From positions 1-64,000 of IMG/VR virus record IMGVR_UViG_3300025576_000001: a stretch of 64,000 nucleotides of DNA; one strand, 5' to 3'. Both the position numbers and the translations under genes were made by a program. A model generated the notes under the pieces. That model had not been told where the DNA came from and made no database searches. It worked only from the letters and a program-made list of their open reading frames with translations. This document shows positions 18,653-28,425 of this stretch, piece after piece (the first letter of the stretch is position 1; every line of letters begins with the position of its first letter). The DNA is from a virus.

Positions 18653-19354
18653 ATGTCCAGCACCGTCACGAAAGTCAACACCGTCCGCGACAACCTGAAC
18701 AGCAATAAGCTCGGCGTCCAGGCCGATGGGATCGCCAAGGCCCCGCTGGGTGACATCCTGTCGATCCTGCTCAACACCCGCAACCCCAGCGTGACGGTGT
18801 CGGGCACGACCGTCGGCAGCGCCGTCGCGCCGTCGTCCGTCGCGGTCTCGGCCGCCACGGCAGTCTCGCCCGCGTCCGCCGCATATGCGTCGCCCGACCA
18901 GACGACCCTGGCGAACCTGGCGAACGCCCTGCGGACAGATCTGAACCTGGCCGTGACCGACATCGCCAATATCGGCACGCTGCTGAATCAGGCGCGAGCC
19001 GACATCCTGAATCTGCGGTCGGCCCTCGCGGCTGTCACGACCGGCGGGGTCATCGGCGGCGCGACCGAGACCGGCAAGTCCGTCACGTCCAGTACGGGCG
19101 TCTGCGCGGCACTCAGCCAGGCCCCGACGACCAACGGCCTCATCACCGTCAACGCCACCGCGGGCACCAGCACGGGCGTCAAGACGATCATGACCGACCC
19201 GACCCGTCTGCCGAACCCCGGCGAAGTCTACTGGGACGGCGGCGTGAACCTGACGTTCAACATCGCCGATGCCGTCACGTCCTGCGACGTGATCTACAGC
19301 AAGAGCGACCTGTCCCAGTCGGCCTCTTGCCTGATGCGCTCGATGCCCGAGTAG
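18653..19354 (+). CDS. putative head decoration/structural protein
   Basis: AGGAG RBS; T/S/A/V-rich with a coiled segment; head module. Confidence 0.5.
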   Translation: MSSTVTKVNTVRDNLNSNKLGVQADGIAKAPLGDILSILLNTRNPSVTVSGTTVGSAVAPSSVAVSAATAVSPASAAYASPDQTTLANLANALRTDLNLAVTDIANIGTLLNQARADILNLRSALAAVTTGGVIGGATETGKSVTSSTGVCAALSQAPTTNGLITVNATAGTSTGVKTIMTDPTRLPNPGEVYWDGGVNLTFNIADAVTSCDVIYSKSDLSQSASCLMRSMPE

Positions 19355-19552
19355 TCCCCGAACCACCTTCAACAATGAGTTTTCTTCGCGCGACATACGC
19401 CATCCCCGGATCCACCGGGGGCGTCTCTGCCGCGCACAACGTGACTCGATACCCCGCGAGCAGCCGCCCGTTGAAGTCGTCACTCGTGACGACGGCGACG
19501 ATACAGCCGGATGACCGCGACGTAGACGAGTAGCCCCGACGAGGAGCGAGTC

Positions 19553-20401
19553 ATGGCAACCGAACCAGTAGCAGCAAACCAACCAGCGAACCCACCCGAC
19601 CCAGCAGCAGCCCCGCCCGGGGCACCAGCGGCAGCGGCCCCAGCGCCCGCGCAGCCGGCCCAGCAAGGCAAGAACGTCATCCTCCCGAGCCGCGCCTTCA
19701 CCGAGCGATTGAAGAAGGCGGAGGAAAAGGGCAGGACGGCGTATCAGGCCGAGCTGGACAAGCAGGCGCAGGAGCGAGGCTTCGCCAACCATGCGGCCAT
19801 GCTCCAGCACCTGGACGCACAGCGAACGACCCGAACGGCACCACGTCCGGCGGCCCCGGCCGCACCGGCGGCAGGTGATCCACCGGCCCCGCCCAAGAAT
19901 CGCAATGACCGTCAGGCCATGGCGAAGTACGAGCAGGACAAGGCCAAGTGGAAGCGCGAGCAAGACCGGAAGGACGCCGAGATCCGCGAACAGAAGCGGC
20001 TGCGGCGCAAGGCAGAGAACCGGGCCAACGCCATTGAGGTGAAGGCCACCCTGGAACGCATCGCCCACGGCGTCGGGATCAAGGACACGGATTACGCCGT
20101 GACCTTGTTCACGCGCGCCCACGAAGGCAAGACCGAAGACGAACTGAAGGGGCTCGACGAAGAGGCATTCTTCAAGGGTCTGCGGACACAGCATCCGTAT
20201 CTGTTCGGCGAAGTCACTGTACCGGCCACCACGGGAACGACCGGACCCGTGCCAGGATCGCATGCGGCACCACGACCAGGCGCCACGGCGGCAGCGGCAG
20301 GAGCAGCGGGCAAAGTCGACGTCAGGGAGATGACGAAGCCGGAGTTCGAGGCGTACAAGCGCGCCAGGGGGATCCGAACCGCATCGACCGGGCTGGGGTA
20401 A
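19553..20401 (+). CDS. capsid scaffolding protein
   Basis: Pro/Ala-rich plus charged coiled coil, HPYLF motif, MTKPEFEAY C-terminal helix; directly before the capsid gene. Confidence 0.75.
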   Translation: MATEPVAANQPANPPDPAAAPPGAPAAAAPAPAQPAQQGKNVILPSRAFTERLKKAEEKGRTAYQAELDKQAQERGFANHAAMLQHLDAQRTTRTAPRPAAPAAPAAGDPPAPPKNRNDRQAMAKYEQDKAKWKREQDRKDAEIREQKRLRRKAENRANAIEVKATLERIAHGVGIKDTDYAVTLFTRAHEGKTEDELKGLDEEAFFKGLRTQHPYLFGEVTVPATTGTTGPVPGSHAAPRPGATAAAAGAAGKVDVREMTKPEFEAYKRARGIRTASTGLG

Positions 20402-20456
20402 CGAGGGGCACGGGGGCTGACAGGCATCACCACAACCGAGAGAGAAAGAGGAAACC

Positions 20457-21875
20457 ATGGACTTCTCAGTCATTCAGCTAGATCCGACGATCCGAGCCCT
20501 CGTGCAAGACAACGCGCTCATCCGCGAGTTCAAGGACGCGCTGTACCCGCGCAACCTGTTCCGCAGTGAGGCCGCCCCGGTGTTGCAGCCGGGACAAGCC
20601 GGTGATCAGTTCATCTTCACCGGGAACGGCCTGATGGCGCCCTCCACCAATCCGCTGCCTCCAGGGAAGGAGCCCGAGCCGGTTTCGTTCGACAAGGAAC
20701 AGTGGAACATGCAGCTCCACCAGTACGCGAACCGCTGCCCCGACACCAGCATGCCGACCAGCATCGTGGCGATCGCGAATCTGTTCACCAACAACGTCCA
20801 CCAGCTCGGCCTGAACGCCGCGCAGTCGCTCAACCGCGTCGTGCGCGATCGGCTCTACAACGCCGGCATGAGCGGATGGACGGTCGCGAACGGCGCCACC
20901 GCCTCCGGGACCAGCCTCCCGGTCATGCGGCTCAACGGCTTCACGACCGCGCGGCGCCCAGACCTGACGGCCGGAAGCCCCGTGCAGTATTCGGCGGTGT
21001 CGTCCTCGAATCCGCTGCCGATCAGCTACATCGGCACCGATGGGAACGTTCACACGGTCAACGTCGTCAACTTCACGTCGCCATTCTCGGGCGACGTGGT
21101 CGGCCCCGGCACCCTCACGACCGACGTGAGTTTGCCGGCCGCGATCTCGAACCGTGGCGTGATCTGGAGCAACGACGCCACCTACATGGTGCGGAGCGGT
21201 GGCGGCAACGGCATCGACTCTCTGACGAGCACGACCAGCAACGGGTTTACGTTCGACCTGTTCCGCGCGGCCATCGGTCGCCTGGAAGACAGCAACGTGC
21301 CGAAGATGCCGGACGGCTTCTACCACAGCCACTTCAACAGCTACTCGAAGAACCAGCTTTTCAGCAGTGACGAGAGCCAGAAGCTCCTGACCTCGCTGCC
21401 TGACTACTACTGGTTCAAGGAGTTCGCGCTGGGCGACATCCTCGGAACCCTCGTGTTCCAGGACACCGAGACCCCGCGGTCCAGCACCGTGGCGGGCGGC
21501 ATCCAGAACGTCTACAACGGCGACGCCCGCAAGGGCGAGCAGTTCGGCGGCGAGATGTGGAACGCCAGCAAGCTGGAAGTCCAGCGCCCGATCTTCATCG
21601 GCGCCGAGGCGGTGTACGAGTACTACGCCGACCTGCGCGGCCTCATCACCGAGGCCGGGCTCAACGGCGAGGTGGGCGACTTCAGCCAGCTCACCAACAA
21701 CGGCGTGGAAGTCAACGCCGACCGCGTGCAGGTCTACCTGCGCGCCCCCGTGAACGTGATGGGCGACCTCGTGACCGGCATCTGGAAGACCATCATGGAC
21801 TGGCCCTGCAGGACCGACGGTGCGACCGGGGATACCGCTCGCTACAAGAGGATCTGCGTCGTCGAGCACGTCTAG
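20457..21875 (+). CDS. major capsid protein
   Basis: 472 aa after scaffold; strong RBS and codon bias; AAQSLNRVVRD backbone helix, LEDSNVP..DGFY. Confidence 0.8.
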   Translation: MDFSVIQLDPTIRALVQDNALIREFKDALYPRNLFRSEAAPVLQPGQAGDQFIFTGNGLMAPSTNPLPPGKEPEPVSFDKEQWNMQLHQYANRCPDTSMPTSIVAIANLFTNNVHQLGLNAAQSLNRVVRDRLYNAGMSGWTVANGATASGTSLPVMRLNGFTTARRPDLTAGSPVQYSAVSSSNPLPISYIGTDGNVHTVNVVNFTSPFSGDVVGPGTLTTDVSLPAAISNRGVIWSNDATYMVRSGGGNGIDSLTSTTSNGFTFDLFRAAIGRLEDSNVPKMPDGFYHSHFNSYSKNQLFSSDESQKLLTSLPDYYWFKEFALGDILGTLVFQDTETPRSSTVAGGIQNVYNGDARKGEQFGGEMWNASKLEVQRPIFIGAEAVYEYYADLRGLITEAGLNGEVGDFSQLTNNGVEVNADRVQVYLRAPVNVMGDLVTGIWKTIMDWPCRTDGATGDTARYKRICVVEHV

Positions 21876-21889
21876 TCACGTGCGCGACC

Positions 21890-22410
21890 TCGGGACCAAT
21901 CATGTTCGGACCAGGGACATGCTCGACACGAACGGCGACGGCGCCGTCGGGCATGTTCCTGTCGAGTTTGCCCTTCGGGGCAATTAAAGGGCCTGGGCTC
22001 TTTTTGAGCCGTAACCACTCGCGGTCGTGTCGCAGTGGTCTGGCCCGCCAGCGTGGTGGCGGCGCTTCGGCGCCTGCCCATACGAACGCGCTGGATAGCC
22101 GCACTTGTCGCCGGATGGTCGCGGATACGCGCTCGCTTGGTCTGGTCACTCAGCGAGAGCGCCCGCCTTTGATGGCGAACTCCAACGGGCCTCGTGCCTT
22201 GCTGGAGATGTTGTGCGGCGCTCGGGGAGCACGGAACCCTGCCTGTGGCATCGGAACCGCGATCCCCTCTGGCGGCCCCACTGCTAGTCGGTGGTCGGTG
22301 GCTTCGGCCATGACGTCGGACTCTCGCATGAGCAGAACCCATCGTCGTGGGACAAACGACGTATCTGCACGCGCCGGAGTTCAACGCCCCGCCTCTTTTC
22401 GACCAGCAGC
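21890..22410 (+). ncRNA. candidate large structured non-coding RNA
   Basis: ~545-nt gap with no credible ORF; many helices incl. 21912-21927/21946-21961 and three C(UUCG)G tetraloop hairpins. Confidence 0.6.
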
Positions 22411-22422
22411 AGGAGAGACCCC

Positions 22423-22806
22423 ATGAGCCTACTGAGCGACAAGGCAGCGCAGCGAGTCGCGGCGACCCGCAAGCCCGCCGAACCATCGAAGACGAGTGAG
22501 CCTGCGGCCCCAGCGGACCCGCTGGCCGACGTCGTGGTGTCGGCTGAGGAGTTCACGCGGTCCAAGACCGAGGGGCTGGACGTGGTCGTGGACCCGCCAC
22601 CCACGCCACCCCCTGCCGCCGAAGAACCGAAGGCCAAGGAGCAACCCAAGCCCACGCGCGTGCGGGTCCTGGAGCCCGGCAAGATCATGCTGGGCGGCTG
22701 CATGCAGCGATTCAAGCGCGGCGCCATTCTGGACCAGCGCCACTACGATCCCGAGCACTTCCGTCAGCTTCTGACGGTTCTCACGACGGAGCCGGTCACG
22801 GGGTAG
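22423..22806 (+). CDS. hypothetical virion-associated protein
   Basis: AGGAG RBS, MSLLSDK. Confidence 0.6.
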   Translation: MSLLSDKAAQRVAATRKPAEPSKTSEPAAPADPLADVVVSAEEFTRSKTEGLDVVVDPPPTPPPAAEEPKAKEQPKPTRVRVLEPGKIMLGGCMQRFKRGAILDQRHYDPEHFRQLLTVLTTEPVTG

Positions 22807-22807
22807 C

Positions 22808-23227
22808 ATGCTGAGCCCCGCCGAAAGAGTCCGGGTCAAGTACCACCTGGGGTATCCCTTGCTGTCTGCTGTCCCGGCGCTGAACGCCGGCATCCCGGTC
22901 TCGACCCCCATGTTGAGCATCGTGGATCTGGCGATGAACAGCCTTCTGCCCGACGGCGAGCCGATGGTGCGGGAGCAAATCGCCCGCTGCGACCAACTCG
23001 ACCAGGCCATCATCGACGCTCAGATCCGCATGCAGGTCAGCAAGGTCGACGGCGTGGAGATGCGGGAACACGAGACTGACCTCCTCGACGTGGAGTATGC
23101 GCGGCAAGCGGCGCGCCTATCGGACATCCTGCACGCCCCGTTCTATCCGTTCTCGACCCGCTACAGGTCGATGCAGCAGTTGGGGCTTGGTGGACGAGTT
23201 CAGACCGGCATGATCGGAGTCGCCTGA
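22808..23227 (+). CDS. putative head-tail adaptor
   Basis: Position; LSPAERVRVKYHLGY helical start. Confidence 0.55.
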   Translation: MLSPAERVRVKYHLGYPLLSAVPALNAGIPVSTPMLSIVDLAMNSLLPDGEPMVREQIARCDQLDQAIIDAQIRMQVSKVDGVEMREHETDLLDVEYARQAARLSDILHAPFYPFSTRYRSMQQLGLGGRVQTGMIGVA

Positions 23228-23622
23228 TGTCGATCCCATCGTTCGTCAAGCACTCGGGGGTCGCGGTCAGCCAGGACTGCTCGGGCGGCAACTTCGGCAT
23301 CGGCCCAATCGACACCAGCTTCGGCATCACGTGCGCGGCGCAAAAGAGCGGGCAGGACGACGTCGTGAACGCCACCAGCGGGTCGCCCCTGGTGCTCCCA
23401 CTGGAGAATGTCGCGAAGGTGCGGGTCCTCATCATCGCCGTCTCGGGCAACAGCGTGACGCTGCAACTGACGAGCGCCGCGGGCAACAACCAGGCGATCC
23501 CACTGAGCAGCGGCGGTATGCAGATTCACTTCGCGCCGACGGTGGGTGACGAGTTCACCGCCATTTCGATTGTCGGCAATGGCGCGACCGTCAATTACTT
23601 CATCGCGGGGGACCTGTCCTGA
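23227..23622 (+). CDS. putative virion structural protein
   Basis: Beta-rich, TGATG-coupled in neck region. Confidence 0.5.
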   Translation: MSIPSFVKHSGVAVSQDCSGGNFGIGPIDTSFGITCAAQKSGQDDVVNATSGSPLVLPLENVAKVRVLIIAVSGNSVTLQLTSAAGNNQAIPLSSGGMQIHFAPTVGDEFTAISIVGNGATVNYFIAGDLS

Positions 23623-24215
23623 TGCTGGCCGACCGCACGACCCCGAGCGACCCGCTGGCCGAAGCGCCGGCTCTGTCGGGGCAAGTGCATCCGGTGCCGG
23701 CCGGTCGGCGGACCCTCATGGAGTCGCTGGTGCCGGCAGTCGATCGCGCCCGTCAGACTCGCAACGACTTGGGGCTCGCGCCGTATCGCGTGTTCCTGGT
23801 TCACTGGCGCTGGCCCGGCAAGCGCGGCGTCGGACGGCCCGTCGAGACTTCGCGAGTCGAGATCCTGCCGACTCCCAGGGTCCAGGACATGCTCAGCACG
23901 TCCATGGGGCTGTCGGCATTCGGCATCACGGAAGCCGGCGGTCTGTTCGTCGATCGCATCAGCCCGCGATTCAGCGAAGCGGACCTGCGCGGCTTGACGC
24001 CAGACCTTCTGGACCCGGTGCGCCCGCAGACGATGAGCGGTCACGCCGAGTTCTTCTGGGAGGTGCGGGAGAGTCGCCGGACCAATCCGCCGACGAAGCC
24101 ACGGCGCTACACCGTGAGCGGCGTCCCGATGCTGGCCAAGGGCGGTCTTCAGTGGCGCGTGAATCTGGCGAAACAGGACACGTCGTTTGAAGTCGAGCCC
24201 GAGGTGGCGTCGTGA
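23622..24215 (+). CDS. putative head closure protein
   Basis: Position in neck module, beta-rich. Confidence 0.5.
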   Translation: MLADRTTPSDPLAEAPALSGQVHPVPAGRRTLMESLVPAVDRARQTRNDLGLAPYRVFLVHWRWPGKRGVGRPVETSRVEILPTPRVQDMLSTSMGLSAFGITEAGGLFVDRISPRFSEADLRGLTPDLLDPVRPQTMSGHAEFFWEVRESRRTNPPTKPRRYTVSGVPMLAKGGLQWRVNLAKQDTSFEVEPEVAS

Positions 24216-24826
24216 TTCGCACGGTCCACCTCCGGGATCTGGGCGGCTACGTGTCGCGCATCCCCAAGGAGCGCCACGCGGCGGCCGTGCGGGGAGTCCG
24301 CCGGTGTATGCGGCAGCGCGGGCGAGTCATCGTCAACGAGGAGATCAACGCCACGAAGCCCCGGCCGCCCGTCGACCGTCGCACCTACGCGAACTCCTGG
24401 GAGACGCTGGCGATCGAGAACGGTTGCCGCATCTACTCGACGGACCCCAAGGCGTCGATCGTGGACCGCGGCCGGCGCCCTGGCGCGGGCGTGAGCCGCG
24501 CCGGCATCGAGGCCCTGATGGGCTGGGTTCACCGGCATGGCATGGATACCGTGTCGGCTCCTGCCGCTCAGCGGGTCGCGCGCCAGCAGATGATGCAGCG
24601 GGCGCTGGGGATTCGCGCCATCACCAAGGCGGTCGCCAAACGTGAGCAAGTCGGCGCAGCGGCCCGTTCCATCGCCTACGCGATCGCGGGCGCCATCAAG
24701 AAGCGCGGTCTGTGGATGCCGAAGGGCCTACGGGTGTTCGAGCGCGCCAGCCGGAGGATCGTCGAAGAGTGCCGCGCGGCCGTCCACATGGCGATCGCGG
24801 GCGCCGAGTTCCAGGAGCGGCACTAA
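24212..24826 (+). CDS. neck protein (HK97 gp10-like)
   Basis: PVDRRTYANSW, GRRPG, AIAGAIKKRG motifs. Confidence 0.65.
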   Translation: MIRTVHLRDLGGYVSRIPKERHAAAVRGVRRCMRQRGRVIVNEEINATKPRPPVDRRTYANSWETLAIENGCRIYSTDPKASIVDRGRRPGAGVSRAGIEALMGWVHRHGMDTVSAPAAQRVARQQMMQRALGIRAITKAVAKREQVGAAARSIAYAIAGAIKKRGLWMPKGLRVFERASRRIVEECRAAVHMAIAGAEFQERH

Positions 24827-25527
24827 TGTACGCCTCCCAATACTCGACCTCGGCCACGATGGACGTGCGGGACGCCTGCGCGCTGGCGCTCTCTCGGGTC
24901 ATCGAGCGCATCGACACTATGATCGGCGGCCAGCGCATCAAGTTCAACCACGTGTTCGACGAGTGGCCGACCACACAGGATCAGTACGACCCACCGGCCG
25001 CGTGCATCGTGGCGCCTCCCGAGTGGGAATACTCCGACAGTGGCGAGCCGAAACTGCTGGAGGACACGGTTCAAAGCGTCGTGACCGCCACGACGGATCC
25101 ACCCTCCTATGGCCTCTACAAGACCGCCGAGATGCTCGACCAGTTCGGTCTGCAGATCCGGGCGGGCTCATCGGCCATGCGGTCCATGCTGAAGTTGGCC
25201 GTCGAGGATGCCTTCCAGCTTCGCGAAGCCGCCATGTACCCCGCGGGGCAGCGGTACGGCCTGCAGTTGCCGCTCCCCGAGTATTGGGGGATGACGGCTC
25301 GGGCCTCACTGCAGAAGGGCAGCAACACCGACTCGGAAGACGCGGCCATGCGAAACCAGCGTGAGGCCAGCTTCGTGATTTCCATGCAGGCCCCCAAGGT
25401 ACAGCTCATGGCCGTCTGGCCCATGAGCATCACTGTGACCGAAAAGACCCTCACCGGCGACGGGCGACTCATCAACAGCGCCAGCATCACGCCGACCTCC
25501 ACGCCTCCCACCATGACCAGGAGCTAG
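24826..25527 (+). CDS. putative tail terminator
   Basis: Immediately before sheath; EWP...PAACI pattern. Confidence 0.5.
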   Translation: MYASQYSTSATMDVRDACALALSRVIERIDTMIGGQRIKFNHVFDEWPTTQDQYDPPAACIVAPPEWEYSDSGEPKLLEDTVQSVVTATTDPPSYGLYKTAEMLDQFGLQIRAGSSAMRSMLKLAVEDAFQLREAAMYPAGQRYGLQLPLPEYWGMTARASLQKGSNTDSEDAAMRNQREASFVISMQAPKVQLMAVWPMSITVTEKTLTGDGRLINSASITPTSTPPTMTRS

Positions 25528-25531
25528 TCCC

Positions 25532-27382
25532 ATGTTCATTTACCGCACGACCACGATGCCGACCCTCGCGAAGCTCATGGAATTGGAGCGGATCGTCGCC
25601 ATCGACGGCGCGGGTCCCAACCAGCCCGTCAGTGGCGGAACCGTTCGGGCCGTCGTGGTGGGGGAGTGTCTTCAGGGTCCGTTCGTCCCCACGGTCGTGA
25701 ACGCCCCGAGCGACATCACCAACTACTTCGTCGGCAACCCCGACAACTTCGACATCATCAGCCAGAGCGGGTTCGACCCGACGACGGCCGTGCAGGACGG
25801 TTCCGGCGTGGCGTTCGACGGGAACCTCTGGGCAGAACTGAAGGGCAAGACGTTCAGTGGACTGGTGATCCAGCGCGTCGACTGCGACATGGTCCAGGGC
25901 GATTCGTCGACCACCAAGGCGTACATGGCGTTCACCGTCACGGTGGCATCTGCTGACCAGGTGGCGACGGGCGGGACATACGGTTCGACCAACAAGGAGA
26001 TCGTGATTCCGTCGGGCACGCGGTTCGGCAACGCCGCCCTCGGGAGCGCGGCCGAAATCGTCGCGCTGTCGCAACAGATCACGATTCCAGCCGGGACCCC
26101 CCTCACGGCCGCGAACGTCATCGCCTGCGCCATCAGTTTCACGCAAGACCCGGCGAGTGCCCAGCTCACCTACGTGACCAGCGGAGCCACGACGGGCGCC
26201 ACGGCGTTCTACGTGAAGGGCACGGCGGCGGCATCGGCCGTCATCACGACCGCCATCGACACCACGATCCCGGGTGTCCAGTCGACCATTTCGGCCAGTG
26301 GGGTCAGCACCATCGGACTCGCCGGAACCGGCGTTGCGGCCCACGCGCCCGCGGGCGGCGGCGCGGCCCCGAGTCCCGACACGCTCGCGAACCGCATCAC
26401 CCTCAACTACGCGGCGGCCATCACCAAGACGTTGCCGGGTGTTCTCGCGACCAACGACATCGTGGCGATCTGGTCGGCGCGCAACTACCAGACCAACGGC
26501 TTGACTCCCGACGGCGCCAAGACGATGCGGTTGAACCTCTGGAACAATGCGATTCAGTCCAGCACGGTCGGACGCGGGCGCGTCGCCTGCGTGACCTCGG
26601 CCCCGGCGACCAGCAGCACCAGCACCGAGCAGACGACCGTGAAGGGCGTCTACGAGGGCCTGGTGGCGAACGACGTCATCACGGGCGCCGACGCCGACCG
26701 CTACTGGCTCAGTGGTCCCTACGTCCAGGTCTTCAGCACCGAACTGAACGCCGACATCGTCATCAGTGTCTGCGGCAGCCGGGCCTGCATGAAGGTCAAT
26801 CTGGCGAACAACGGTCAGTCCGAATACCAGACCAGCGTGGGCAGCCCCGAGAACGCCAGCATCCAAGCCGTCGACGCTCAGGAGCCTTGCTTCGCCGCCA
26901 ACCCCATGCAGGACGCGGACTTCGTCGCCATGAAGGCGGCTGGGGTCGCGTGGTTCGGGCAGGATCGCGTTGCCGGCTGGTGGTTCTACAGCGGCGTCAC
27001 CGCGGCGAACCCGATCACCTACGAGAACCGCGTCTCCGACAACCGCCGCAGCTTCGCGGACGAGATCCAGGACATGATCTTCGGGCTGGGCACGCCCTAC
27101 TCGAAGAAGCCCGGTACTCCGCAGCGGGCCGACTCCTACATGCAGGACATCACGACCTACGTGGACAACCTCGTGAATCCACCGGTCGGCGACAGCCGCG
27201 CGATGGCGGCGCAGGTGCTCGACGGCGCAGCAGCGGGCAACAGCCAGGATCTCAACTCCCACGGCGTCTATCTGTTCGAGGCCGACGTGACGATGTACGG
27301 CGATATGAACGCCATCGTCATCAAGACCATGATCGGCCCGAACGTCATCATCAGCCAGGCCACCTCGACGGCCGGCACGTAA
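25532..27382 (+). CDS. contractile tail sheath protein
   Basis: 616 aa; VVGECLQGP..PTVV N-terminus; RRSFADEI C-terminal motif; followed by tube-sized gene. Confidence 0.8.
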   Translation: MFIYRTTTMPTLAKLMELERIVAIDGAGPNQPVSGGTVRAVVVGECLQGPFVPTVVNAPSDITNYFVGNPDNFDIISQSGFDPTTAVQDGSGVAFDGNLWAELKGKTFSGLVIQRVDCDMVQGDSSTTKAYMAFTVTVASADQVATGGTYGSTNKEIVIPSGTRFGNAALGSAAEIVALSQQITIPAGTPLTAANVIACAISFTQDPASAQLTYVTSGATTGATAFYVKGTAAASAVITTAIDTTIPGVQSTISASGVSTIGLAGTGVAAHAPAGGGAAPSPDTLANRITLNYAAAITKTLPGVLATNDIVAIWSARNYQTNGLTPDGAKTMRLNLWNNAIQSSTVGRGRVACVTSAPATSSTSTEQTTVKGVYEGLVANDVITGADADRYWLSGPYVQVFSTELNADIVISVCGSRACMKVNLANNGQSEYQTSVGSPENASIQAVDAQEPCFAANPMQDADFVAMKAAGVAWFGQDRVAGWWFYSGVTAANPITYENRVSDNRRSFADEIQDMIFGLGTPYSKKPGTPQRADSYMQDITTYVDNLVNPPVGDSRAMAAQVLDGAAAGNSQDLNSHGVYLFEADVTMYGDMNAIVIKTMIGPNVIISQATSTAGT

Positions 27383-27391
27383 GGAGCGACC

Positions 27392-27838
27392 ATGTCGTCT
27401 GACTACCGAGTTCTAGGCCGAGACACCAACATCCGGGTCACTCAGAGCGGGATCCTCCTGACTGAGATCACCGCCATCAAGAACCTGGACGTCGGCCCCG
27501 AGTTGACGTTGCTGTCCGAGGGCTTCCTGGGCGAGCAGGCCGAGCGCCACCGGGAAGTCTTCAAGGCGGTGGATGTCAGCTTCGTCGTCGAGCCCGAGGG
27601 TGAGTCTATCTTCCAGCTTCAAAACGCCATCTACCAGCGGGCGCGAAGCGGGCAGGCCAACGCCCTCCAGATCAACCTAGGGTACAGGATCCAGTTCCCA
27701 TCGGGCGTCATCTTCCGCATGACCCTGCCGGACCTGAAGTTCTCCGACCCCGGCAAGCTCGCGAACGCGGGCCGCGAGTCGTTCCTCGCCATGAGCTTCG
27801 CGGGCAAGACCGACCGCTACATCCCGAATTTTACGTAA
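27392..27838 (+). CDS. tail tube protein
   Basis: 148 aa beta-rich ORF after sheath. Confidence 0.7.
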   Translation: MSSDYRVLGRDTNIRVTQSGILLTEITAIKNLDVGPELTLLSEGFLGEQAERHREVFKAVDVSFVVEPEGESIFQLQNAIYQRARSGQANALQINLGYRIQFPSGVIFRMTLPDLKFSDPGKLANAGRESFLAMSFAGKTDRYIPNFT

Positions 27839-27865
27839 CCGACCCAACGACAGAGGAGGCCACCG

Positions 27866-28270
27866 ATGTCAGACAATCCGATGACCCTTGGGGCGCAGGC
27901 GGCTGCCGCCATCTCGTCCCTTCCCCGCAAGACCTGGACGATCCCGGAGTCGGCCCGCAATGGCACGACCGACCCCGGCACCATCACGCTTCGCCACTTG
28001 ACGTTTGCCGAAGAGAAGGCGGCGCTGGAAGCGCACGAGCACGGCGGTGGCAGCTATCTCCCCGAAGGAGCGATGCGCGCCCTCTGTGCCGCCGACGGCA
28101 AGCCCCTGACGTGGACCGACAATCAGATCGAGAGCTTCTTCAAATCTCTGTCACCCAAGACCCGCGACCTCGTCGAGCGTGCCTTCGGTAACTTCTGCAT
28201 CCCGAACAAGAAGGAACAGGACGATTTTTTAGCCAGCGGGACAACCGAACCGTCAGCGCAAAACTCCTAG
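27866..28270 (+). CDS. tail assembly chaperone (short form)
   Basis: Between tube and tape measure; GGAGG RBS. Confidence 0.75.
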   Translation: MSDNPMTLGAQAAAAISSLPRKTWTIPESARNGTTDPGTITLRHLTFAEEKAALEAHEHGGGSYLPEGAMRALCAADGKPLTWTDNQIESFFKSLSPKTRDLVERAFGNFCIPNKKEQDDFLASGTTEPSAQNS

Positions 28271-28419
28271 ACTCACTGTGGGACGACGTCGTCTACATAG
28301 CTCGATACGGACACCAACCCTTCAGCGAAATAGTCAGCCGACCGCGTTCTGAAATCACCAAGATCAAAGAAGCCCTCGGGCGGCTGGTGGACCAAGAGAA
28401 CAGCAAGCGAACCACCTAA
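28225..28419 (+). other. -1 programmed frameshift and extension of tail chaperone
   Basis: Slippery T TTT TTA at 28225-28231; -1 frame open (FSQRDNRTVSAKLLDSLWDDVVYIARYGHQ...) to TAA 28419. Confidence 0.75.
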
Positions 28420-28425
28420 GCCAGC

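Noticed and set aside
18638-21869. Long minus-strand ORFs (also 25487-27262 and 5699-7015)
   Set aside because: Shadow ORFs opposite well-supported genes in high-GC DNA; no motifs
21890-22410. Group I/II intron, tmRNA, RNase P or simple terminator
   Set aside because: Flanking genes look complete, no signature motifs were recognised by eye, and the structure is far more extensive than a terminator; an Rfam scan is still needed
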